64,000 nucleotides of DNA, from the NCBI GenBank assembly GCA_050916045.1, contig CP051526.1, forward strand, positions 832,001 to 896,000, written 5' to 3'. Below are positions 55,704 through 64,000 of the stretch, piece after piece. Under the pieces are notes generated by a model. The model made no database searches, was not told where the DNA came from, and saw only the letters and a list, made by a program, of their open reading frames with translations. Positions within the stretch are counted from its first letter, which is position 1. Every line of letters starts with the position of its first letter. The position numbers were made by a program, and so were the translations under genes. This DNA is from Tepidisphaera sp. Lineage in GTDB: Bacteria > Planctomycetota > Phycisphaerae > Phycisphaerales > UBA1924.

Positions 55704-57539
55704 ATGAGCACCTCCACCCAGACGTCCACCGCTTCCGCCCGTTCTACCGTGTCGTCGCACCGTCCCGGCGTGACGCAGGCTTGGTCCCTGACGCTGATCC
55801 CGACGACGCGGGAAGCTCCCAACGACGCGGAGGTGCCTTCGCACGTCCTGCTTCACCGGGCGGGGTTCATCCGGCAGGTGGGAGCGGGGATCTACGACTA
55901 CCTGCCGCTGGCGTGGCGGACGCTGAACAAGATCTCGGACATCGTGCGCGAGGAGATGAGCGGGGCGGACGCGGCGGAGATGCTGATGCCGGCGCTCGAG
56001 CCGTTCGAGCTTTTCAATGGCACCAAGCGGCACGAGACGTACGGGGACAACCTTTTCCGCGTGACGGACCGCAAGGGTCGGCTGAACGCTCTGGCTCCGA
56101 CGCACGAGGAGGTCATTACGCAGTTGATGCTGGGGTGCGTGAGCAGCTACAAGCAGCTGCCGCTGACGCTTTACCAGATCCAGACGAAGTTTCGCGACGA
56201 GGCGAGGCCGCGTGCGGGCCTTCTGCGGTGCCGCGAGTTCATCATGAAGGACGCGTACTCGTTCCACATGAACGTGGAGGGGCCGGGAGGCTTGAACGAG
56301 GCGTACGACAAGATGTACACGGCGTACAGCAACATCTTCAAGCGGTGCGGCTTGGATTTCACGGCGGTGGAAGCGGAAAGCGGGCCCATCGGCGGGTCGG
56401 CTTCGCACGAGTTCATGGTGAACTGTGCGAGCGGCGAGGACACGGTGCTCAAGTGCCCGGTGTCGGGGTACGCGGCGAACGTCGAGAAGTGCGAGATCGG
56501 CGTCAGGCCGAAGGGGACGCTGACGGAGGCGCCGTCGGGTGAACTGACCGAGGTGCACACGCCGAACCTGCCGGGGATCGAAGAGGTCGGCAAGTTCATG
56601 AAGGTCAAGCCGGACCGGATGCTCAAGACGGTCGTCTTCTCGGTTCCGGGCGAGCCCGGGCGGTGGGTTGTCGCGGTGGTGCGCGGGGATCACGAAGTCA
56701 ACGAGGGCAAGGTGAAGGCGCTCGCGGACGTGGGCGCGGTTGAGCTTGCGCCGGTGGAGGCGGCCAAGAAAGCGGGCTTTGCGGTCGGGTACGTCTCGCC
56801 ACGCGTGGTGAACACGGTGCCTGGCGTGCTGATGCTGATCGACGCGGACGCGAGCTTGGGCGGGTTCTGGGCGAGCGGTGCGGACAAAGCGGACCACCAC
56901 GTGAAGCATTTCAACTGGCGGCGCGAGGTGGGCGCGGCGCTGGATGACAAGAGCAAGGTCATCGTCGGGGATGTGCGAAACGCCGTCGAGGGGGATCCGT
57001 CGCCGCGGGCGGAGGGGGCGAAGCTCGTCACCGGGCGGGGCATCGAGGTCGGGCACATCTTCAAGCTTGGCACGAAGTATTCCGACGCGATGGGCTTCTC
57101 GATTTTGGATGAGAAGCAGGGCAAGCGAGCGGTCATCATGGGTTGCTATGGCGTCGGCGTCAGCAGAGCGATGGCGGCGGCGGTCGAGCAGAACCACGAT
57201 GAGAACGGGATCCTGTGGCCGGCGGCGATCGCGCCGTATCACGTGCTGATCACGATCATGAAGCCGGAGGATGCTGGGCACCGAAAGGCGGCGGGCGACC
57301 TGGCGAAGGCGCTCAATGCCGAGGGGATCGATGTGCTCATCGACGACCGCGACGAGCGGGCGGGGGTGAAGTTCAAGGATGCGGACCTGACGGGGATTCC
57401 GGTGCGGCTGACCGTGGGCGACAAGGCGCTGGAAGCGGGCGGGGTGGAGTTCAAGCTTCGCAGGGATGTCGCGGGCAAGGGCGAGGTGGTCGCGATGGCC
57501 GGAGTGTTGCCGCGAGTGCTGGGGGCGCTGAACGGGTGA
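55704..57539 (+). CDS. proS: Proline--tRNA ligase (bacterial type with INS editing domain)
   Basis: SHVLLHRAGFIRQ, LAPTHEE, YQIQTKFRDEARPR, REFIMKDAYSF, GIEVGHIFKLGTKYS, MGCYGVG, DDRDERAGVKFKDADL. Confidence 0.97.
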   Translation: MSTSTQTSTASARSTVSSHRPGVTQAWSLTLIPTTREAPNDAEVPSHVLLHRAGFIRQVGAGIYDYLPLAWRTLNKISDIVREEMSGADAAEMLMPALEPFELFNGTKRHETYGDNLFRVTDRKGRLNALAPTHEEVITQLMLGCVSSYKQLPLTLYQIQTKFRDEARPRAGLLRCREFIMKDAYSFHMNVEGPGGLNEAYDKMYTAYSNIFKRCGLDFTAVEAESGPIGGSASHEFMVNCASGEDTVLKCPVSGYAANVEKCEIGVRPKGTLTEAPSGELTEVHTPNLPGIEEVGKFMKVKPDRMLKTVVFSVPGEPGRWVVAVVRGDHEVNEGKVKALADVGAVELAPVEAAKKAGFAVGYVSPRVVNTVPGVLMLIDADASLGGFWASGADKADHHVKHFNWRREVGAALDDKSKVIVGDVRNAVEGDPSPRAEGAKLVTGRGIEVGHIFKLGTKYSDAMGFSILDEKQGKRAVIMGCYGVGVSRAMAAAVEQNHDENGILWPAAIAPYHVLITIMKPEDAGHRKAAGDLAKALNAEGIDVLIDDRDERAGVKFKDADLTGIPVRLTVGDKALEAGGVEFKLRRDVAGKGEVVAMAGVLPRVLGALNG

Positions 57540-57553
57540 TGTCGGGCGGGATA

Positions 57554-57841
57554 TCAGTGCGGCGGGAGGGGTTCGTCGAGGTGGGGCGTGGGGTCGGTCG
57601 CGGTGAGGTCGGCGGGGTGGTTCCGCCAGCCGCGATCGGCGGTGTCGACGGACATCGTGGGGATGTTCTGGTTGACGTCGTTGGGGATCGTGGGCATGAC
57701 GATGGGCTCGGCGTAGACGGAGCGCGGCAGGCCTGTGACGAGGCGGAGCTTCATCCAGATGAGAATGCCCGCGGCGAGGGCGAGGGTGAGGACCGGGGTC
57801 GTCATGCGGCCGAGCCAGCGGATTTTCTGATGGGACGCCAT
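57554..57841 (-). CDS. Small single-TM hypothetical protein
   Basis: GGAG RBS; hydrophobic VLTLALAAGILIWMKLRLV; last gene of the pilin cluster. Confidence 0.6.
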   Translation of the reverse strand: MASHQKIRWLGRMTTPVLTLALAAGILIWMKLRLVTGLPRSVYAEPIVMPTIPNDVNQNIPTMSVDTADRGWRNHPADLTATDPTPHLDEPLPPH

Positions 57842-57885
57842 GGGATCTCCGGACTGGGAGGGAGCGGGCGAGGGTGCGGCTTTGG

Positions 57886-58422
57886 CTACGGTTCCTCGAT
57901 CGAGGTGACGTCGGTACGTGCGACGGTGACGCGTCCGGTGTATCCCTCGACGGTGAGGGTGTAGCGGTCGCCGGCGCCCTCGATCACGATCGTGCCGTTG
58001 CCGGCGGGCGTCGAGCCGCCCGGGGCGGTGACCGGAGCGCCCATTTCATCGAAGATCAGGGCGTTGGCGACCGAGCCGCCGAAGTCGATCCGCGTGATGC
58101 GCAGGTTGCCGAAGCGCGTGTTGGTGAGCTTCTGCGTCTGAATGAGGTCGGTCTCCTCGTTGATCTGTCCGCCGCGGACTTCGACGATGGAGTAGCGTCC
58201 CTCGTCGAGGTCGAAGACGATGGCGCGGCCGCTCTGGAAAGCCAGAGCGTCGGATTGGGCGAGGGCGATGTCGGAGACGATGGTGCGAACGGCGGCCTGA
58301 ACGCGCATGCCATCGGACCCGCCGAAGGACGGGATCACCATGGACGCGGCGATTCCCAGGACGGTGACAACGACGAGGACCTCGATGAGCGTGTAGGCGC
58401 GGGCGTACGTTCGGTGAAACAC
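57886..58422 (-). CDS. GspH/FimT-like minor (pseudo)pilin
   Basis: RAYTLIEVLVVVTVLGIAASMVIP, DIALAQSDA, LIFDEMG, YTGRV. Confidence 0.85.
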   Translation of the reverse strand: MFHRTYARAYTLIEVLVVVTVLGIAASMVIPSFGGSDGMRVQAAVRTIVSDIALAQSDALAFQSGRAIVFDLDEGRYSIVEVRGGQINEETDLIQTQKLTNTRFGNLRITRIDFGGSVANALIFDEMGAPVTAPGGSTPAGNGTIVIEGAGDRYTLTVEGYTGRVTVARTDVTSIEEP

Positions 58423-58453
58423 AACCGGTCCTTCCTGGATCCCGCACGGGCGA

Positions 58454-58807
58454 TCATCGCGCCTGGGCGGGTTCCGCGGGCGTTTCGGGCTTGTCGGCCT
58501 TCGAACGCTTGATGGCTTCCTTGAGGTCCGAGGGAAGCTTGAGCTCGGGCATTTCGGAGATCTTGATGCCCTTGGCGAGTGTGGACTCGATCTTCTCGAG
58601 CTTTTTCTCGAGGGTGTTCAGCTGGGCGATCATCTGCTTGCGCTGTTCGATGGCGCTGGTGAGGCCGGTGGACTCTCCCGGCTGTGCGAAGGCGCTGGGC
58701 ACCAGGTCCATTGGCTTGAGGAGATTGAGGGCGAGGAGCACCGCGACGGCCGTGAGGACCCGGTTGGTGCGGCGGGAAGCGAGCGGCGATGTCGGTGTGT
58801 GTTCCAT
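58454..58807 (-). CDS. Small hypothetical protein (N-terminal TM/signal, coiled coil)
   Basis: NRVLTAVAVLLALNL..AFAQ; SAIEQRKQMIAQLNTLEKKLEKIE. Confidence 0.7.
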   Translation of the reverse strand: MEHTPTSPLASRRTNRVLTAVAVLLALNLLKPMDLVPSAFAQPGESTGLTSAIEQRKQMIAQLNTLEKKLEKIESTLAKGIKISEMPELKLPSDLKEAIKRSKADKPETPAEPAQAR

Positions 58808-58876
58808 GGCGGATGGATCGGGCGGAGGAGAGGGCGACTTGAGCGGGCTTTGCCGGAAATGCGGTTGATGGGGGTA

Positions 58877-59296
58877 TCAGGGGATGGGGAGGGGGCGGTC
58901 CTCGGCGTCGTAGCCTGCGGCCCATGCGTTACCGGTCATGGAGTCGTAGATCCAGCCGTAGTCCTGATGGAACTCGGTGTCGGGGGTGGTGCGGATGATG
59001 ATGACCTTGGAGTTCTCGCCGCCGATCCAGTCGTTGACGGGGCCGGGAGCTTTGAGGTAGCCTTCGGTGAGCAGTTCACCCCAGGTGGCGGTTCCGGCGG
59101 AGATTCCCGGGTACGCGGCGTTATTGCGGACGTAGTAGACGGCCAGTGCACGGCGGAGGCGGCCGAGGTGTTCGAGGGTGGCGACCTGCTTGGCCTGGGT
59201 GGTCGCGGAGGCGAACTGGGGGACGACGACGGAACCGAGGATTCCGAGGATGACGACGACGATCAGGATTTCGACGAGGGTGAAGGCGCGCCGCAT
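58877..59296 (-). CDS. GspG/pilin-like protein
   Basis: RRAFTLVEILIVVVILGILGSVVVPQF; GYLK; GWIYD. Confidence 0.88.
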   Translation of the reverse strand: MRRAFTLVEILIVVVILGILGSVVVPQFASATTQAKQVATLEHLGRLRRALAVYYVRNNAAYPGISAGTATWGELLTEGYLKAPGPVNDWIGGENSKVIIIRTTPDTEFHQDYGWIYDSMTGNAWAAGYDAEDRPLPIP

Positions 59297-59420
59297 GGTG
59301 ATGTCCTCGAGGTGGGGAAGGGCCCCTGAACAAAGCCGGCCTGATCCGGTGAGGGAGCAGGCCGGTCTCGTGCGTTGGAAGCGTCCCTGTCAGAGGACGC
59401 GATCAGACCAAGGCCGATCC

Positions 59421-59885
59421 TCAGGGCTTGTTCTGGCCCGGGGTGATCTGGCCGAACTTGCCGTCGCCGTCGGTGTCGTCATCGTCGTTGGGGTCGTTGT
59501 TGAAGTTGGTGGCGCAGAGCGTCTCGGCGGTGCCGTTGCCGTCGACGTCGGCGTAGTACCAGCCGTCCGTGGCGGGGTCGGTGCCGACCGAGGACATGCC
59601 GTTGAAGGGGTTGCGGGGCGCGGTCTTGATGTAGCCGCCCGCGATCATGAGGTCCCAAGCCGTGGCGCCGCCGGAGACGAAGTCGGTCGGGAGAACGTTC
59701 GTGCGGGCGCGGTAGAGCTCAAGCTGGTTGTTGAGCGTGTCGAGCTGGGCTTTGATGTTGCCGGCCTGAGCGTCCTGCGTGGCGTTGGTGAACTGGGGCA
59801 CCACGATCGCCGCGAGAATGCCAAGGATCACGACGACGATCAGAATTTCGACCAGCGTGAAGGCCTTACGAACTTGATTACGCAT
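59421..59885 (-). CDS. GspG/pilin-like protein (probable major subunit)
   Basis: RKAFTLVEILIVVVILGILAAIVVPQF; GYIKTAPRNPF; CAGGAG RBS; followed by a terminator-like hairpin near 59330-59370. Confidence 0.9.
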   Translation of the reverse strand: MRNQVRKAFTLVEILIVVVILGILAAIVVPQFTNATQDAQAGNIKAQLDTLNNQLELYRARTNVLPTDFVSGGATAWDLMIAGGYIKTAPRNPFNGMSSVGTDPATDGWYYADVDGNGTAETLCATNFNNDPNDDDDTDGDGKFGQITPGQNKP

Positions 59886-60215
59886 ACCGATTCACTCCTG
59901 AGATCCGGCCCAAAGGTCTCGGGCCACCAATTCCTTCGGGCTCGGCACGGGTCACACACCCGCGGCCTGGTCCGACACACATCGGCCCGTGAGCCTGAAT
60001 GCGATCGACGCCGTCCTTGACGCCGACCACCTCCTCGTGTCGCGCACCGGGCCGTCCGTGGCTCGGGTCGCGCTTCGTCGGGGCTTTCACCCGACATTGA
60101 CTCTCCCATTCGATCGGCGGTTACGCCCGTGGACTTTGCTTGGTCATTCGCTTCTGTGGTCGTTTCGTCGCGTGTTTGCCGCCTTTGCGGCCCGCGGTCG
60201 CGCGCCGGCGTGCTT

Positions 60216-61460
60216 TCAGGCCGCCGCCGCGCCCGACGACGCCGTTCTCGGGCGTGCCGCGACGGCGATCGCCGTCACGTCGTCCACCCGGTGCAGGCTG
60301 CACATCTGGCCGTCGAGCAGTTCCTCGAGCTGTCGGATGGACTGCGAGAGGTTCGGCTTGCCCTCCGCGTCGTGCCGCGCGAGCTGGCCCAGGTGCGCGA
60401 GATACGTGTTGGTCGCTTGCTTGAGGCCGGACTTTCCTTCTTCGGGGAAAGCGACCTCAAAGCCGTCGGAATAGAGCAGCAGCGTGCGGTCGGCGGCGAG
60501 GGTGAAACGGACCTGCGGGAACTGGGCGTCGGCGAAGACGCCCAGCAGCGGCCCTTCCATCTCGATCCGGTCAAAGCCGCCTTTCTCGTCGATCACCAGA
60601 GGCGGCGGGTGCCCGGCGCCCGCGATGACGACTTCGCGCGTGCGGGCGTCGATGGTCCCATATACCGCCGTGGCGAAGCGCTGCGGGCCTTCGGGCTGCA
60701 GGCAGAGCTCGTCGTTGATGCGTGCGAGCGCGTCGCTGGGCTGCACGGGCCTCCAGTCGTGCCCGATCTTCTCGCGCGTGACAAGCGCGCGGAGCACGAC
60801 CATGGTGAGAAGCGCGGCGGGGACGCCGTGGCCGACGACGTCGGCGATGAAGAACGCCCACAGGTCCTCGTCGACCTGACGGATGTCGAAGATGTCACCC
60901 GAAACGTACCCGACGGGGCGGAAAATCGTCGCGAATTCAAGCCCGTCGGGCGTGGGGAGTTGCCGCGGGATGAACTGACGCTGGACGCGAGAAGCGAGGT
61001 TGAGCTCCTCGTGGATTCGGTCCATCTCGCCGCAGAGGCCGCCCTGGGCCGCGTGCGAAATGCGGAGGTCGCGTGTGAGCTCCTGCACCGCGCTCTGGCG
61101 TTCGAGGAGAGCGTAGAGCATCGTCGCGACGGTGCGCGGGTCGGCGTCGTGAGGCTCGACGAGCACGCCGTCTCGCTGGATCCTGGGGCGGAGGGACTCC
61201 GCGCCGTCGCAGAGGAGCACGCCGGGAAGGTGCTTTTCCGTAAGCCGGTCGGCGACGTCGCGTACGTCGGCGGTGGAGGTATTGGGGTGGAGGATCGCCA
61301 GGACGACTCCCGCATCGTGCGGCATGTCGCGGACGTGGGCGATGGTCTGGATGCGAGGGAGCGCTGAAGCGGGCCATGCGCTCAGCACGGGCTCGAGCCA
61401 GCGGGGGATTGACTCTCGGAGTCCGGGTCCGGAAATGAAGATCAGCGTGCGGTCCGGCAT
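60216..61460 (-). CDS. PP2C/SpoIIE (RsbU-like) protein phosphatase
   Basis: EELNLASRVQRQFIP, VSGDIFD, IADVVGHGVPAAL, AGHPPPL, LLLYSDG, DDVT. Confidence 0.9.
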   Translation of the reverse strand: MPDRTLIFISGPGLRESIPRWLEPVLSAWPASALPRIQTIAHVRDMPHDAGVVLAILHPNTSTADVRDVADRLTEKHLPGVLLCDGAESLRPRIQRDGVLVEPHDADPRTVATMLYALLERQSAVQELTRDLRISHAAQGGLCGEMDRIHEELNLASRVQRQFIPRQLPTPDGLEFATIFRPVGYVSGDIFDIRQVDEDLWAFFIADVVGHGVPAALLTMVVLRALVTREKIGHDWRPVQPSDALARINDELCLQPEGPQRFATAVYGTIDARTREVVIAGAGHPPPLVIDEKGGFDRIEMEGPLLGVFADAQFPQVRFTLAADRTLLLYSDGFEVAFPEEGKSGLKQATNTYLAHLGQLARHDAEGKPNLSQSIRQLEELLDGQMCSLHRVDDVTAIAVAARPRTASSGAAAA

Positions 61461-61573
61461 CCGACTCCCTCGAGCGCCGGATCTCCGCGGTCCCCGACGG
61501 GGAAGTGCGGGAATCTCGTTCCGGCGTGTTCAGGGGGATCGGCGATTCGGGCGGCCGGCTTGACGGCGGCCGG

Positions 61574-62128
61574 TCAGCGGCTCCATTTCCTCAGGTCGGG
61601 GTCGAGCTCGATCTTCTGGCCTTCCTTGATGTTGAGCTGCTTGAGCGTGCCGCCCTTGAATTCAAGGACGTACTGGGCGGGGAACTTGCTGTGGTAGCGG
61701 GCGAGGCGGGCTTCGTACTGTTCGTTGGTGCCGTTGATGCCGTTCACTTTCTCGGCTTCGGAGCGCGGGGTTTCCGGAACCATCTCGTGCTGGGCGGTGA
61801 CCTTCATCATGGAATCGAGGAAGACGATGTCGATGGGCACCGGGCAGTCGCGCATGACGAAGTAGCGTTCCTGGGCGGTCGGAAAGACGAAGACCATGCC
61901 TCCGTCGGCGGGGATATCGGTCCTTCCGGAAAGCCCCTGGAACTGCTTGGTGGGCGTCAGGGCGGTCTCGAGCGTGAAGGTCTTGCCGTTGATGGCGACC
62001 TTGGTTTCCTTGGGGGCCTGGCGGGCGCCGGACGAAGATGCGGGCTTCTGCTCGCAGCCGGCGGTGTGGGAGGCGGCGATGACGCCGGCGACGGTGAGCG
62101 CACGAAGGACGAGAATCATCCAGGTCAT
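61574..62128 (-). CDS. DUF192 family lipoprotein
   Basis: TAGC lipobox; QGLSGR, GGMVFVF, FVMRDCPVPIDIVFLD, QYVLEFKGG; GGAGG RBS. Confidence 0.85.
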   Translation of the reverse strand: MTWMILVLRALTVAGVIAASHTAGCEQKPASSSGARQAPKETKVAINGKTFTLETALTPTKQFQGLSGRTDIPADGGMVFVFPTAQERYFVMRDCPVPIDIVFLDSMMKVTAQHEMVPETPRSEAEKVNGINGTNEQYEARLARYHSKFPAQYVLEFKGGTLKQLNIKEGQKIELDPDLRKWSR

Positions 62129-62148
62129 GTTGCCTCCGGTTGAGCCCG

Positions 62149-63150
62149 TTACCGATCGAGTAGCCATGCATCGTCCTCCGCGGTGAAGGTCACCGCATGC
62201 TTGGGGATGGTATCGAGGCTAAACCGGCCGAGGAACTCCGAAGCCGGCATCGGGGAGCGGCGGGGTGTGAAGCCCGACCAGTACGCGAGCAGGCCGATGA
62301 GACGCTCGGGCGTAACGCCGCGGCGGGCGTAGGTCTCCACGCGCGTGTCGCCGTGCCGCTTGGCGAGGCGGCGGCCGTCGGTGCCGAGCACCAGCGGGAG
62401 GTGGCAGTATTCGGGGATGGGCCCAAAGCCCAGCGCGCGATAGAGCAGCATCTGGCGGGCGGCGGAGTCGAGGAGGTCGTCTCCGCGGACCACGTGCGTC
62501 ACCCGCTGGCGGTGGTCGTCGACGACGACCGCGAGCTGGTAGGAGGGCGTGCCGCGCTTGGTCCAGACGACAAAGTCGCCGACGATGGCAGAGATGTCGA
62601 AAGCTCGCCGGCCCGCGAATCGGTCATCGAACGCGGTCGGTCCGGGCTCGACGACGAGGCGCCAGTTCGTCTCTGCGTGGGCGTCGTCGAAGATGAGCGG
62701 GCGGTCGGCGAGCGGGGGACGAAGGTCGGCGGGGAAGGGGATGTCGTGGGCGCCCTCCTGGGGGGCGGAAGCGGCGAGAGAAGCCGCAGCGTCGTCGATC
62801 TCGGAGCGCGAGTGGGCGGAGGGGTAGACCAGGCTCTTGGCCGCGAGAGCGTCCATCGCGGAGCGGTGGTGTTCGAGGTCGGTGGATTGGATGATGGGTC
62901 CAGTATCCCAGTCGATGCCGAGCCATTCGAGTGTGCGGAGGGTGCTTTCGATCGTGGCGGGCTTGACGCGAGGGGTGTCGAGATCCTCGATGCGGAGGAC
63001 GATTTTCCAGCCTCGGGAGCGGGCGAGGGCCCAGGTCAGGAGGAAGGTCCGGGCGTTTCCGAGGTGAAGAGCTCCGGTGGGCGAGGGCGCAAGGCGGGTG
63101 GTGGGAGTTAGTGCCCGTAAACTTCCGGAGGTGGAGCTTTCGGCGTGCAT
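62149..63150 (-). CDS. gluQ: Glutamyl-Q tRNA(Asp) synthetase
   Basis: RLAPSPTGALHLGN, LRIEDLDTPR, YQLAVVVDD, VVRGDDLL, RLAKRHG; no anticodon-binding domain. Confidence 0.88.
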   Translation of the reverse strand: MHAESSTSGSLRALTPTTRLAPSPTGALHLGNARTFLLTWALARSRGWKIVLRIEDLDTPRVKPATIESTLRTLEWLGIDWDTGPIIQSTDLEHHRSAMDALAAKSLVYPSAHSRSEIDDAAASLAASAPQEGAHDIPFPADLRPPLADRPLIFDDAHAETNWRLVVEPGPTAFDDRFAGRRAFDISAIVGDFVVWTKRGTPSYQLAVVVDDHRQRVTHVVRGDDLLDSAARQMLLYRALGFGPIPEYCHLPLVLGTDGRRLAKRHGDTRVETYARRGVTPERLIGLLAYWSGFTPRRSPMPASEFLGRFSLDTIPKHAVTFTAEDDAWLLDR

Positions 63151-63256
63151 CGAGGTGCAACGGTACACTGTGGGCGTCGCCGATCATGGCGGCGGCCGTC
63201 GCCCGGAGTTGTGGGCTTGGGGCCGTCCGTCCGGATCCTTCGGAGTCGTACCCGAC

Positions 63257-63622
63257 ATGGCCAAGCTGCCTGAGAAGGGTTCCAAGACGGCCGCGGTGGC
63301 TTCGGCGGGGTCCGCCGTCGCTCCAGCGGCAAAGATGGAAGAGTCGCAGGTGCAATCGGCGCTGGTGGGCGTGCCGGAGTGGTCGGAGCTTGGCGACACC
63401 ATTCAGCGGACGTATCAGTTCAAGAACTTCGTGGAGTCGATGGCGTTTGTGCAGCATGTCGCGGCGCTTGCGGAAGCGGACCAGCACCATCCGGACATCC
63501 TGATCCGGTACAACAAGGTGACGCTGACGCTGAGCACGCACGACAGCGGCGGGATCACCCGGAAGGATTTCGACGCGGCGCGGAAGTACGACGGAAAGTT
63601 CGAATTGGCGGTGAAGAAATGA
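63257..63622 (+). CDS. phhB: Pterin-4-alpha-carbinolamine dehydratase
   Basis: RTYQFKNFVESMAFV, AEADQHHPDI, LSTHDSGGITRKDF. Confidence 0.9.
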   Translation: MAKLPEKGSKTAAVASAGSAVAPAAKMEESQVQSALVGVPEWSELGDTIQRTYQFKNFVESMAFVQHVAALAEADQHHPDILIRYNKVTLTLSTHDSGGITRKDFDAARKYDGKFELAVKK

Positions 63623-64000
63623 AGCCAGGGACGCGGGCCACGGTGACGGTGGGCGCCGCGCTCGCGGCTTGGTGTCTGCTCGCCGGGGTGGGCGGGTGTC
63701 TGGCGACGTCCGAGCCCGGGCTTTCGTCGCGGGATCCGGCGGAGCGCGTGGATGCGATGATCGATGCGGCAGCCACGCGGGACCGTCGGGCGATTCCGGG
63801 GCTCATCGAGCGTCTGGACAGCCAGGACGGTGGCGAGCGGCTGCTTGCGATCACCGCGCTCAAGAGAATCACGGGGGAGACGCAGGGGTACGAGCATGCG
63901 GGCCCGCCGGCGGAGCGGGACGCGGCGGTGGCGCGGTGGCGGACATGGGAGCAAGAGCAGCGGGCGACCCCGAGCGCGGGTGCCGCGACGAAGGACGGGG
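63619..64000 (+). CDS. HEAT-repeat lipoprotein (partial at window edge)
   Basis: ATGA overlap with the upstream stop; LAGVGGC lipobox; AIPGLIERLDSQDGGERLLAITALKRITG; absent from the ORF track because it is unterminated. Confidence 0.7.
   Translation, partial: MKPGTRATVTVGAALAAWCLLAGVGGCLATSEPGLSSRDPAERVDAMIDAAATRDRRAIPGLIERLDSQDGGERLLAITALKRITGETQGYEHAGPPAERDAAVARWRTWEQEQRATPSAGAATKDG

Noticed and set aside
60120..60190. c-di-GMP-I riboswitch-like words (GGCAAAC...GAAA...GCAAAG) upstream of the pilin
   Set aside because: The flanking sequences do not pair into the required stems; an Rfam scan would be needed to overturn this

Overview
A high-GC bacterial chromosomal segment. The gene content (PEP-CTERM/PTP-CTERM proteins, C-terminal dockerin-like modules, several prepilin-type genes, a FliW-CsrA flagellar cluster) points to Planctomycetota, probably Phycisphaerae; this assignment is inference. 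It holds about 50 CDS. From left to right: a giant pseudokinase-TM-FGE-sulfatase protein, a GspE/PilB ATPase, a DUF2959 lipoprotein, a phosphate cluster (HDIG protein, phoH, phoR/phoB-like pair, OprO/P-type porin), rpiB with a Sua5-YwlE fusion, a pilin-like gene with comEC, astA, tRNA-Cys, three paralogous PEP-CTERM proteins, an M14 peptidase, ltaE, Hsp20, an MFS transporter, ppk2, the flagellar cluster flgI-flgJ-flgN-flgK-flgL-fliW-csrA plus two flagellins, an FG-GAP protein, proS, a pilin cluster, a PP2C phosphatase, gluQ and a pterin dehydratase. I saw no CRISPR array, integrase, transposase or rRNA. The most notable non-obvious signals are: (1) a 1.8-kb two-gene insert flanked by a 65-bp duplication of the DUF2959 3' end; (2) a tRNA-Cys with a class II (Tyr-like) body; (3) a dual-specificity-phosphatase gene missed by the ORF track because it has an in-frame TAG; (4) a switch in GC-skew polarity across the window; (5) pervasive leaderless TANNNT promoters; (6) sigma54/sigma28/CsrA control elements on the two flagellins; (7) short-period repeat arrays between convergent genes. 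All calls were made by eye from motifs; no database search was run.
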